Positions 9,146 through 21,315 of a stretch of DNA of 40,565 nt are shown here, in pieces. This stretch comes from an uncultured Gemmatimonadaceae bacterium. GTDB lineage: Bacteria > Gemmatimonadota > Gemmatimonadetes > Gemmatimonadales > Gemmatimonadaceae. Within the stretch, counting starts at the first letter, position 1. Each line of letters begins with the position of its first letter. Under the pieces are notes generated by a model, which was not told the origin of the DNA, did no database searches, and saw only the letters and a program-made list of their open reading frames with translations. Made by a program: the position numbers and the translations under genes. The stretch is from NCBI GenBank assembly GCA_964385525.1, contig CAYLPM010000199.1, forward strand, positions 1-40,565, given 5' to 3'.

Positions 9146-11376
9146 ATGCCCCGACCCTCCCCTCTCCGCGCGCTTGCCGACCGCGTCGGTATCGTCTCGG
9201 AGTATCTGGACCAGACCGGTTCGGCGGTCCGGCGGACGAGCGATGCGACCCGCATCGCCATCCTCCGCGCCATGGGAATCGCCGCGGCCACGACACGTGA
9301 AGCCAAGGCGGCTCTCGCGGCGCTCGATGCGCAGGATGCCGCGCGCCTCCTCGAACCCGTCCGCGTCGTGCCCCTCCGGCGAGCACGGTCGATGCGTATC
9401 GGGCTCACGCTCCCGGAGCGCCTCCGCGGCCAGCCGGTGCGCTGGGAGCTCCAGTTGCGTGAGGAACAGGGTCGCCGTCGCACCACCCGCGGCCGCACCC
9501 GCGCATCGCGTGCGCAGACTCTCAGCATCCCGATCCCGGCCGTCCGCGAGACCGGTTATCACCGACTGACGCTCCGGCTCTTCGGCGCCGCCGACGAGGA
9601 CGGCGAAGCGAGCGAAGCCGAGCAGTCGCTGATCGTCGTCCCCTCCACCTGCCCGGCGCCACGCCAGCGCCTCGGCGGACGCCGCGTGATGGGAATCACC
9701 GCCAACCTCTACACGCTGCGGAGCGCGCGGAACTGGGGGGTCGGCGATCTCGAGGATCTGGCGCGGCTGCTCGTCTGGAGCGGCGCGATCGGTGCGGAGT
9801 TCGTCGGCGTGAACCCGCTCCACGCGCTGCGCAATCGCGGCACCGACGTCAGTCCGTACAGTCCGGTGAGCCGCATCTATCGCAACCCCATCTACATCGA
9901 TCCGGCGAGCGTCCCCGAGCTCGCGGAATCGGCGGTGGCGCGCGACCTCATCGCCTCGACCGACGTGCAACGGGAGCTCGATGGCCTGCGCACGGGCGAT
10001 CGCGTCAAGTACGAGCACGTGTGGACGATCAAGCGCGCGGCCCTTCGTGCGCTGCACGCGACGTTCGCCACCATACACCGTGGACGCGAGACCGAGCGCG
10101 GCCGGAGATACGCCGCGTGGTGCCGCGTCGAGGGCGACCGACTCGTGCAGTTCGCCACCTTCATGGCGCTGGATGAGCACTTCACGCGCGAGGGTCGGGA
10201 CGGCGGCTTCCGCTCGTGGCCGAAAGCGTTCGGCAACCCGGCCTCGGGCGCCGTGCGCGAGTTCGTCGAGTCCCACCCCGAGGAGATCGACTTTCATTGC
10301 TGGGTGCAATACGAGCTGGACTGCCAGATCGCCGCGGCCGCCGAACGCGGCGCACGAGCCGGGCTCGACCTCGGCCTGTATCAGGATCTGGCAATCGGCA
10401 CCTCGCCATCCGGAAGCGACGTCTGGAGCTTCCCCGATCTGTTCGTCCAGGGGGCGAGTATCGGCGCACCTCCCGATCCGTATTCGGCTACGGGGCAGAA
10501 CTGGGGACTGCCGCCGATCGATCCCCGCAAACTGCGCGAGGACGGCTACCGGTACTGGATCACGCTCGTCCGCGCGTCGCTGCGGCATGCGGGTGCACTG
10601 CGGATCGACCATGTGATGGGACTATTCCGACAGTTCTGGATTCCGGATGGCATGTCCGGAACGGAGGGCGCGTACGTCGAGTTCCCGGCCGACGATCTGC
10701 TCGGCGTCCTCGCGCTCGAGAGCACGCGTGCCGGCGCCCTCGTGGTCGGCGAGGATCTCGGCACCGTCCCACCCGAGGTGCCGCCGGCGCTCGCGCGATG
10801 GGGAATCCTGTCGTCCAAGGTGCTCTACTTCGAGCGCGACGAGCGCGGGCGGTTTCTGCCCGGCGCCCACTACCCGGCGTGGTCGCTCGCCACCGCCAAC
10901 ACCCACGACATGCCGACGATCGCCGGCTTCTGGTCGGGGCGCGACATCGAGCTCCGCGAGCAGGTGGGGCTGTGCGATGCCGATCAGGCGCGCGAGGCGC
11001 GGCGGCAGCGTCAACGGGAGCGCGAGCAGCTCGTGGCGCGTTTCGTGGCGGAAGGAGCACTGCCGGACACGGACGACTCCGACGAGCCCGATGAGCCGCG
11101 CGTCCGGGCTGCCGCGCATGCCTTCCTCTGCGGCACTCCCGCGGTGCTCGTCGGCCTCGCGCTCGACGATCTCGGCGGCGAAACCGATCCCGTGAACGTT
11201 CCCGGCGTCGGGTCGGACAAGTATCCGAGCTGGACCCGCCGCATGCGCCTCTCGCTCGAGGAGATCGCGTTCGATGCGGACGTCGCTGCCGGGCTCCGGT
11301 GCGGAGCGCGTGAACGCAGGACCCGCCGGCCCGCGCGCGCGAAGGCGAAGCGCGGCAAACCGGGGAGGAAGCGCTC

Positions 11377-11380
<4 letters not shown>
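9146..11380 (+). CDS. malQ: 4-alpha-glucanotransferase (amylomaltase, GH77), long form with an N-terminal domain and a basic C-terminal tail
   Basis: GITANLYTLRSARNWGVGDLEDLARLL, RIDHVMGLFRQFWIP, VVGEDLGTVPPEV and TANTHDMPTIAGFW are GH77 blocks. At 744 aa it resembles the long actinobacterial-type MalQ. Confidence 0.92.
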
Positions 11381-14316
<2,936 letters not shown>

Positions 14317-14404
14317 CCTTCTAGCGTGCAACCGGTCGACCGCTCATTCGTCAAGAGCGGTAGCGGGCCGGAGCACCTGGTGATAGCGTGAATATCAGGC
14401 TCAT

Positions 14405-14437
14405 GCGCGCCGAGGTCCCTCGCGCGCTTTCGGTTTT
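14405..14437 (+). terminator. Intrinsic-terminator-like or attenuator-like hairpin plus T-tract between treY and the phosphorylase gene
   Basis: gcgcgc(c)gag-gtcc-ctcgcgcgc, followed immediately by tttcggtttt. It is oriented for the + strand, ~90 nt after the treY stop and ~60 nt before the ATG at 14500. Confidence 0.45.
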
Positions 14438-14499
14438 CACGTGCGCCAATTCTGCGACCGGGGGCACCACGCCCGGTCCTGCACTGCTAGAGGACTCCC

Positions 14500-16230
14500 A
14501 TGAACTTCGCAGCGGACACGACCATCGCGTACTTCTCCATGGAGATGTGCCTCAACGAGGCGCTCCCGACCTACAGCGGCGGTCTCGGTGTGCTGGCGGG
14601 CGACACCTTGCGGTCCGGCGCCGATCTGGGTGTGCCGATGATCGGGGTGACACTCCTGCACCGGAAGGGCTACTTCGTCCAGAAGCTCGATCCTCAGGGG
14701 AACCAGACCGAGACCCCGGCCGTCTGGGATCCGGCCAGTCTGCTCGAGCCGATGGAGCCGACGGTGACGGTCGAGATCGAGGGCCGCCGCGTGGAGATCC
14801 GTGCCTGGCGCTTCCTCGTCCGCGGCAGCGGCGGCCACGAGGTGCCTGTCTATCTGCTCGACACCGCTCTGCCCTCCAACTCCGCGTTCGACCAGACGAT
14901 CACGGATACGCTGTACGGCGGCGACTTCCACTACCGGCTGTGTCAGGAGGTCGTGCTCGGGATGGGCGGCGCGGCGATGCTGCGTGCGCTCGGATACGAG
15001 GGCGACATCATCCATCACATCAACGAGGGCCACGCCTCCCTTCTCACACTGTGCCTGCTCGAGCGCCGGCTCGGCACGCGCGGGGCGTGGGAGATGAACG
15101 ACGCCGACATCGACGCGGTGCGCCGTCAGACGGTCTTCACGACCCACACACCGGTGCCGGCGGGGCACGACAAGTTCCTGCCGGAGCTCGCGCGCCAGGT
15201 GCTCGGGCAGGCGAGGATGGACGTGCTCGAGCGTGCGCGCGCGCTCGACGGCGGGACGCTCAACATGACGCATCTCGCGCTGCGCTTCGCGCGCTACGTG
15301 AACGCGGTCGCAATGCGCCACCAGGATGTCTCGCGCGAGATGTTCCCCGGCGTGCCGATCGATGCCGTGACGAACGGCGTGCACGCCGTGACCTGGACCT
15401 CGGAATCCTTTCGCGCGCTGTTCGACCGATACATTCCGGAGTGGCGGCACGACAACCTCTATCTCCGCTACGCGGGGAAGATCCCGCTCGACGAGATTCG
15501 CGAGGCGCACCGCGAGTCGAAGCGCGCCCTGTTCGCCGAGATCGAGCGGCGCACGTCGTCGACGTTCGATCCGGCGGTGATGACGATCGGCTTCGCGCGT
15601 CGGTCGACGCCGTACAAGCGCGCGGATCTGATCTTCACCGATCTCGACCGGCTCAAGGCCGTGACGCGACACGTCGGCGCGCTGCAGATCGTGTTCGCGG
15701 GCAAGGCCCACCCGCGCGACGACTTCGGCAAGGGACTGATCAAGCGCATCTTCGAGGCGTCGGCCGCCCTCGGCACCGCGCTGCGCGTGGTCTACCTCGA
15801 GAACTACGACATGCGCCTCGGGCACATGCTGACGTCGGGGGTGGACCTCTGGCTCAACAACCCGCTGCGACCACTGGAGGCGAGCGGCACGAGCGGGATG
15901 AAGGCCGCGCTCAACGGTGTCCCGAGCGCCAGCGTGCTCGACGGCTGGTGGATCGAGGGCCACATCGAGGGCGTCACCGGCTGGTCGATTGGCCGCGACG
16001 ATCCGCTCCCGCAGGATCCCTCGTCGGACGTGTTCGACCTGTATGCCAAGCTCGAGCAGCGGATCCTGCCGCTCTACTACGGCATGCCATACGCTTGGGC
16101 CGAGATGATGCGCCACGCGATCGCGATCAACGGTTCCTGCTTCAACACGCAGCGGATGCTGATGCAGTATCTGCGCAATGCGTACTTTCCGCCTGGCGGC
16201 ATCATGGCGGCAGAGGAAGTCGCGGTCTGA
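14500..16230 (+). CDS. glgP: Alpha-glucan (maltodextrin/glycogen) phosphorylase, short GT35 alpha-glucan phosphorylase family
   Basis: GAGGA-type RBS (ctagaggactcccATG). YFSMEMCL..PTYSGGLGVLAGDTLRSGADLGVPMIGVTLLHRKGYF, and the PLP-lysine block EASGTSGMKAALNG. Confidence 0.92.
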   Translation: MNFAADTTIAYFSMEMCLNEALPTYSGGLGVLAGDTLRSGADLGVPMIGVTLLHRKGYFVQKLDPQGNQTETPAVWDPASLLEPMEPTVTVEIEGRRVEIRAWRFLVRGSGGHEVPVYLLDTALPSNSAFDQTITDTLYGGDFHYRLCQEVVLGMGGAAMLRALGYEGDIIHHINEGHASLLTLCLLERRLGTRGAWEMNDADIDAVRRQTVFTTHTPVPAGHDKFLPELARQVLGQARMDVLERARALDGGTLNMTHLALRFARYVNAVAMRHQDVSREMFPGVPIDAVTNGVHAVTWTSESFRALFDRYIPEWRHDNLYLRYAGKIPLDEIREAHRESKRALFAEIERRTSSTFDPAVMTIGFARRSTPYKRADLIFTDLDRLKAVTRHVGALQIVFAGKAHPRDDFGKGLIKRIFEASAALGTALRVVYLENYDMRLGHMLTSGVDLWLNNPLRPLEASGTSGMKAALNGVPSASVLDGWWIEGHIEGVTGWSIGRDDPLPQDPSSDVFDLYAKLEQRILPLYYGMPYAWAEMMRHAIAINGSCFNTQRMLMQYLRNAYFPPGGIMAAEEVAV

Positions 16231-16380
16231 TGGACCGGCAGGCTTGCGGGGCGAAAAGCCAGGTGGTCAGTTGTCGGTAGCAGTCGTCAGTGGACCTTCG
16301 GCGCCAGGTCGGGCATCGCGGGCCGCTGCTGACCGCTGACCGAACACTGACCACTTCGACTTTCACCACCCGTCCCCATC

Positions 16381-17274
16381 ATGCGCGTCGCGATCACGGG
16401 GTCCACAGGTTTCATCGGCTCGCGGCTCGTCGCGTCGCTCCTGCGCGACGGTCACGAGGTTCGGCGCATCGTTCGCTCGAAGGCGAGGGACGGCGACATC
16501 GAGTGGTCGCCGTCGGAGCGGCGCATCGATGCGGCGGCGCTCGAGGGGGTCGAAGCCGCCATCCACCTCGCCGGCGAGAACATCGCGCAGCGGTGGACCG
16601 ACGCCGTCAAGCGACGCATCCGCGAGAGTCGGGAGATCGGCACGCGTCTCCTCGCCACGACCCTCGCGGCGCTCGCGCCTCCTCCGCGCGTGCTCATCAG
16701 CGCATCCGCGATCGGCTTCTACGGCGCCGACCGCGGCGATGACGTCCTCGACGAGACGAGTGCCCCGGGCGATGACTTCCTCGCCGACATCGCCGTCGCG
16801 TGGGAGGCAGCGACCGAGCCGGCGGCGGTGCGAGGGATCCGCGTCGTCCGCGCTCGCTTCGGGGTCGTGCTACACCCGGCCGGAGGCATGCTGCGGCGCG
16901 TGCTCCCGGTCTTCCGTCTCGGACTCGGCGGAAAGCTCGGCGATGGATCGAACTGGATGAGCTGGATCTCCCTCACCGATCTCATCGAGATCGTGCGCTT
17001 CAGCCTCAGAACGCCGACGTTCGCCGGCGCCGTGAACGTCACCGCGCCCACGCCGGTCCGCAACGCCGAGTTCACGGATGCGCTCGGCCTGGCGCTGCAC
17101 CGTCCCACCATCGCCGTCGTCCCCGCGTTCGCGCTCCGCGCCGTCTACGGCGAGATGGCCGACGGGACCATCCTCGCCAGCCAGCGCGTCCTGCCTCGCC
17201 GGCTCACCGAGGCCGGCTACCGGTTCGAGCACCCGAGAGTGGAGGGGGCGCTGAGGGCCGAACTCAGGACGTGA
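16381..17274 (+). CDS. TIGR01777/YfcH-type NAD-dependent epimerase family protein (SDR with a DUF1731-like C-terminus)
   Basis: Rossmann motif MRVAITGSTGFIGSRLV. The length (297 aa) and the C-terminal RVLPRRLTEAGYRFEHP block match the atypical SDR39U1/YfcH family. Confidence 0.85.
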   Translation: MRVAITGSTGFIGSRLVASLLRDGHEVRRIVRSKARDGDIEWSPSERRIDAAALEGVEAAIHLAGENIAQRWTDAVKRRIRESREIGTRLLATTLAALAPPPRVLISASAIGFYGADRGDDVLDETSAPGDDFLADIAVAWEAATEPAAVRGIRVVRARFGVVLHPAGGMLRRVLPVFRLGLGGKLGDGSNWMSWISLTDLIEIVRFSLRTPTFAGAVNVTAPTPVRNAEFTDALGLALHRPTIAVVPAFALRAVYGEMADGTILASQRVLPRRLTEAGYRFEHPRVEGALRAELRT

Positions 17275-17346
17275 CGTTCGGAAGGGAAACGAGGCTCGAG
17301 TCGTCCCCACCGGTGGCCACGGCTCCCATGCCGTGATGTGCCGACG

Positions 17347-19086
17347 CTATCCCAGCGCCGGATGCCGGACGTGAAAATCCGTCGCCCGCTGGTACGCGCT
17401 CGCGACCGCCAGCAGCTTCGCCTCCTCGTACAGCCCGCCGAGAAAGGTGATCGACACCGGCGTGCCGTTCTCGCGGAAGCCGTTGGGGAGGATCACCGCC
17501 GGATGGCCCGTGAGGTTGGTCGCCGTGAGCTGAGCGCCCGAGGTTGGCGTGATGATGACGTCGACCGTCGAGAACAGCGCCGCCCACGCCTCGAGCGCGA
17601 GCGTGCGCGCGCGGTTCGCGTTGATGTACTCCACGGCGGGGATGAAGCGCGCGGTGCGGAATGTGTTCGGCCACGCGCCCCGACCTTGTTGCGCCAACAG
17701 ATCATCACGCCCGGACCGCGTGAGCTCGTCGAAGGCCGCCGCGGCCTCGGCGCTGAGCACGAGCCGCATGGCACCATAGTTCAGGTCCGGTATCTCGACC
17801 GGGACCAGCTCCACGCCGAGCCCGCGCAGCACGGCGAGGGAGGCGTCGTCGAACGCCTGCTGCGCGTACTCGCGATCGAACGCGCTGCGCAGGTAGCCGA
17901 CGCGGATCGAGCGCAGCGGGACGGTAGCATCCCACGTGAACGGCGCGTTCACCGCCGATCGGTCGCGCCCATCGGCGCCGTGAATGGCGTCGAGCACCAT
18001 CGCGCAATCCTCCACGCTCCGGCAGATCGGCCCGATCTTGTCCATCGTCCACGACAGCGCCATCGCGCCGGTTCGCGGCACGCGTCCGTAGGTCGGGCGC
18101 AGCCCGGTCGTCCCGCACCGCGTCGACGGCGAGGAGATCGAGCCGAGCGTTTCCGTGCCGATCGCGAAGCCGACGAGCCCGGCCGCGGTGGCCGCGGCGG
18201 ATCCGGCCGATGATCCACTCGAGCCCTGCTCGACGCGCCACGGATTCTTGGTCTGTCCGCCGAACCAGGTGTCCCCCTGCGCAAGCTCGCCGAGGGTGAG
18301 CTTGGCGACCAGCACCGCGCCGGCCGCATCGAGCCGCTTCACGACCTCGGCATCCTCGTCGAACCGCTGTTCGCGATAGGGCGTCGTGCCCCACGTCGTC
18401 GGATGCCCCGCGACGGCGAGCAGATCCTTCGCGCCCCACGGGATGCCGTGGAGGGGTCCGCGAAGGCGTCCAGCCGCGATCTCCGAATCCGCCTCACGTG
18501 CCTGGCGCAACGCGCGCTCCGGCGTCAGCGTGACGACGCACTGGAGCACCGAATCCAATCGCTCGAGCCGCCGCAAGTACATCTCGGTGAGGCGCACCGA
18601 GGTCACCTGCCGCTGGCGCACGAGCTCTGACAGCTCGGTCACCGGGAGAAACGCGAGATCCTCGAGGTTCGACGGCACACTGCGGCGCGCGACCGCCGTG
18701 CGCGTCATCCGCCCGCGCGTCGGCGGCGTGTCCGGCGGCGCGGTGCCACCGGGCGGGATCGGGTCGAAGCGTATCGCCGGCGCCACCGCGTTCGGGAGCG
18801 CGATCTCGCGGAGCCCCTCGTACTGCCGCTGATAGTTCTGGAGCCCGCTGAGCATCATCTCCCGCTCCTCGTCGGTGAACGAGAGGCCGGCGATCTCTTC
18901 CGCGCACCTGATCGTCTCGAGCGTGATCTCCGCGGCGCTGACCTCAGCGCTCGCCGCGCCGGCCGCGGGCGGCGCGGCGGTCGTTGCCTGTGACCAGAGC
19001 ACGCCGGGAAGCAGTGTCGCGCCGAGGCCGATGCTCGAGAAGTACGCCATGAAGGCGCGTCGGTCGTAGCGAGTCTGTTCGCTCAT
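17347..19086 (-). CDS. Amidase-signature family amidase with a twin-arginine (Tat) signal peptide
   Basis: N-terminus MSEQTRYDRRAFMAYFSSIGLGATLLPG, i.e. an RRxF Tat motif plus an h-region. AS-family blocks GAKDLLAVAGHPTTWG and GSSGSSAGSAAATAAGLVGFAIGTETLGSISSPS. Confidence 0.9.
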   Translation of the reverse strand: MSEQTRYDRRAFMAYFSSIGLGATLLPGVLWSQATTAAPPAAGAASAEVSAAEITLETIRCAEEIAGLSFTDEEREMMLSGLQNYQRQYEGLREIALPNAVAPAIRFDPIPPGGTAPPDTPPTRGRMTRTAVARRSVPSNLEDLAFLPVTELSELVRQRQVTSVRLTEMYLRRLERLDSVLQCVVTLTPERALRQAREADSEIAAGRLRGPLHGIPWGAKDLLAVAGHPTTWGTTPYREQRFDEDAEVVKRLDAAGAVLVAKLTLGELAQGDTWFGGQTKNPWRVEQGSSGSSAGSAAATAAGLVGFAIGTETLGSISSPSTRCGTTGLRPTYGRVPRTGAMALSWTMDKIGPICRSVEDCAMVLDAIHGADGRDRSAVNAPFTWDATVPLRSIRVGYLRSAFDREYAQQAFDDASLAVLRGLGVELVPVEIPDLNYGAMRLVLSAEAAAAFDELTRSGRDDLLAQQGRGAWPNTFRTARFIPAVEYINANRARTLALEAWAALFSTVDVIITPTSGAQLTATNLTGHPAVILPNGFRENGTPVSITFLGGLYEEAKLLAVASAYQRATDFHVRHPALG

Positions 19087-19190
19087 GGCTGGCCAGGGGA
19101 GAGGAGGGAGGGGTGGTGTGGGTCCAGCGCGCTCCGGGTCCGGATATACTGCTGCAGGGCGCGCGCGGCTTCAATGCCTATCTTACCGGA

Positions 19191-20672
19191 ATGCTTCCCT
19201 CGGAGCCCGTTCCCACCGCGCTGCTGCTCGCGACCATCGGCGTGCTGATGACGCTGAGCGTCCTGTTCAGCCGGGCCTCGGGTCGCATCGGGGTCCCCAT
19301 CGCACTGCTCTTCCTGCTTCTCGGAATGGCGGCCGGCTCCGAGGGGATCGGCGGACTCGAGTACGACGACTACGCGTTCACCTTCCGCCTGGGGACGATC
19401 GCGCTCGCGCTCATCCTGTTCGACGGCGGACTGAACACGCCGCTGACCGCCGTCAGGCGCGTGTTCGGGCCGGCGATCGTGCTCGCCACGGTCGGCGTAG
19501 CCGGCACCGCCGCGATGATGGCGTTTGGCGCGAATCTCCTGGGATTCTCGTGGCCAGTTGCGTTGCTGCTGGGCGCCGTGGTGTCGTCGACCGATGCCGC
19601 GGCCGTCTTCCTCGTGCTGCGCGGCTCGGGCATCAGCCTCAAGAAACGCGTCGGGAGCACGCTCGAGCTGGAGTCCGGACTCAACGATCCGCTGGCGATC
19701 ATCCTCACCGTTTCCCTCACCGGTGCGATTCTCGGCATCGGTCCCGCGGTCGGCTGGCCGCTCGTCGGGGGCATTCTCCTCCAGCTCGGCGTCGGGCTGG
19801 TCGGTGGCGTCGTGCTCGGATACGCGGCGGTCGCGCTCCTGTCGCGCGTCCGGCTGCAGGCCGGCGGACTGTATCCCGTACTCACGCTGGCCGTCGCCTT
19901 CCTCGCGTTCAGTCTGCCGACGCTCCTGCTCGGCAGCGGATTTCTCGCCGTCTACGTCGCGGCGGTGGTGATCGGGAACGCGAAGCTGCCGTACCGCGGC
20001 GGCATCCTGCGCGTGCACGACGCGATGGCGTGGTTCAGTCAGATCGTGATGTTCCTCGTGCTGGGGCTGCTCGTGTATCCGTCGCAGCTGTTCGACGTCG
20101 CGGCGGCGGGCCTCGGCCTCGCGCTCTTCCTTGCCTTCGTCGCGCGTCCGGTCGTGGTCATGCTCTGTCTCGCGCCGTTCCGCTACCCGATACGCGAGGT
20201 CGCGTACGGTGCCTGGGTCGGGCTGCGCGGCGCCGTTCCGATCATCCTCGCGACGTATCCGATTCTCGCGCAGGTGCCGGGTGGGCAGCGGATGTTCCAC
20301 ATCGTTTTCTTCGTCGTCGTCGTGAACGCCCTCGTTCCCGGCGGTACCGTGCGCTGGGTGACGCGCTGGCTCGACCTCGAGGCGCACGAGCCGCCCCCGC
20401 CGCCGGCGGTGCTGGAGATCAACTCGATCAAGGTGCTGAGCGGCGACATTCACTCGTTCTTCATCGATCCCGCGGTCGCGGTCGCTGGCATGCCCATCCA
20501 GGAGCTGCCGTTTCCGCCGGGATCCTCGGTGCTGCTGATCGTTCGCGGCGACGAGCTCATCGCGCCCAAGGGCTCGACCATCCTGCAGCCGGGTGATCAC
20601 GCCTATCTCTTCGCGCCTCCCGAGGAGGCGGACTTTCTGCGGCTGATGTTCGGCAGGTCGCAGGGCGAGTGA
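19191..20672 (+). CDS. nhaP2: K+/H+ (cation/proton) antiporter, CPA1 NhaP2/CvrA type, with a C-terminal TrkA-C (RCK_C) domain
   Basis: I prefer the ATG at 19191 (MLPSEPVPTALLLATIGVLMTLSV...) within listed ORF 19113..20672, whose GTG start adds non-membrane residues. The protein is multi-TM, with GLNDPLAIILT. The C-terminal GSSVLLIVRGDELIAPKGSTILQPGDHAYLF is a TrkA-C fold. Confidence 0.88.
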   Translation: MLPSEPVPTALLLATIGVLMTLSVLFSRASGRIGVPIALLFLLLGMAAGSEGIGGLEYDDYAFTFRLGTIALALILFDGGLNTPLTAVRRVFGPAIVLATVGVAGTAAMMAFGANLLGFSWPVALLLGAVVSSTDAAAVFLVLRGSGISLKKRVGSTLELESGLNDPLAIILTVSLTGAILGIGPAVGWPLVGGILLQLGVGLVGGVVLGYAAVALLSRVRLQAGGLYPVLTLAVAFLAFSLPTLLLGSGFLAVYVAAVVIGNAKLPYRGGILRVHDAMAWFSQIVMFLVLGLLVYPSQLFDVAAAGLGLALFLAFVARPVVVMLCLAPFRYPIREVAYGAWVGLRGAVPIILATYPILAQVPGGQRMFHIVFFVVVVNALVPGGTVRWVTRWLDLEAHEPPPPPAVLEINSIKVLSGDIHSFFIDPAVAVAGMPIQELPFPPGSSVLLIVRGDELIAPKGSTILQPGDHAYLFAPPEEADFLRLMFGRSQGE

Positions 20673-20723
20673 GCGAAGCGCCAGGACTCGATTCCCCCCG
20701 CCCGGCGAGTTAGCTTGCGCCGC

Positions 20724-21230
20724 ATGCCCAAGGGTCTCTTCGAGTCGCTCCCCGATTCCTCGCGCGTCTGGGTTTTCGGGAGCGAGCACCCGGTCACCGA
20801 CGTCGCCGCCGAGCGGTTGCTCGAGCGCGTGGATGCTTTTCTGGAGAGCTGGGCGGCGCACGGCGCGCCTCTCCGGTCGGGACGCGACTGGCGCGAGCAC
20901 CGGTTCCTGACGATCGCGGTGGATCAGTCGACGGCCGGCGCGTCCGGCTGCTCGATCGATGGTCTGTTCCGCATCCTGCGCGAGACCGAGGCGCTGGTGG
21001 GGACGACGCTCGTCGGCGGTGGCCGCGTGTACTATCGCGAGTCGGACGGTTCGGTCGTCTCGTCCACGCGCGAGCTGTTCGCGGCGCTCGGCGTCGCTGG
21101 TGAGGTGGATGCGCAGACGCGAGTGTTCGATACGACGGTGCAGACCCTCGGCGAGTGGCGCGAGCGGTTCGAGACCTCACTCGCGAGCTCGTGGCACGCG
21201 CAGCTGGTGGAGGCGGAACTGAAGCGCTGA
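20724..21230 (+). CDS. Conserved protein of unknown function, from a family I recall being mislabelled ABC transporter ATPase in Bacteroidota
   Basis: The listed ORF starts at TTG 20715; the in-frame ATG at 20724 gives MPKGLFESLPDSSRVWVFGS. Blocks FLESWAAHGAPL and AGASGCSIDGLFR match my memory of that family. There is no Walker motif. Confidence 0.65.
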   Translation: MPKGLFESLPDSSRVWVFGSEHPVTDVAAERLLERVDAFLESWAAHGAPLRSGRDWREHRFLTIAVDQSTAGASGCSIDGLFRILRETEALVGTTLVGGGRVYYRESDGSVVSSTRELFAALGVAGEVDAQTRVFDTTVQTLGEWRERFETSLASSWHAQLVEAELKR

Positions 21231-21252
21231 TCGACCAACCGGTCGGAACGAA

Positions 21253-21288
21253 GATCGGGACGCGCCCATGGGAGGGCGCGTCCCGATC
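21253..21288. terminator. Perfect 15-bp-stem hairpin between convergent genes (candidate bidirectional terminator)
   Basis: gatcgggacgcgccc-atggga-gggcgcgtcccgatc, read directly. It lies between the stop at 21230 (+) and the stop at 21316 (-). Confidence 0.6.
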
Positions 21289-21315
21289 GTCGTTCGAGGG
21301 GGAGGCGAGCGAGCG

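Noticed and set aside
5033-10612. Three long minus-strand ORFs (5033..7033, 7744..9528, 8945..10612) opposite glgX, glgB and malQ
   Set aside because: Same compositional signature (R/A/P/G runs) and no domains. The + strand genes carry unambiguous GH13/GH77 blocks.
19083-20900. 605-aa ORF antisense to the K+/H+ antiporter
   Set aside because: It is hydrophilic and R/E/D/H-rich with no motifs. The opposite strand encodes a convincing multi-TM CPA1 protein.
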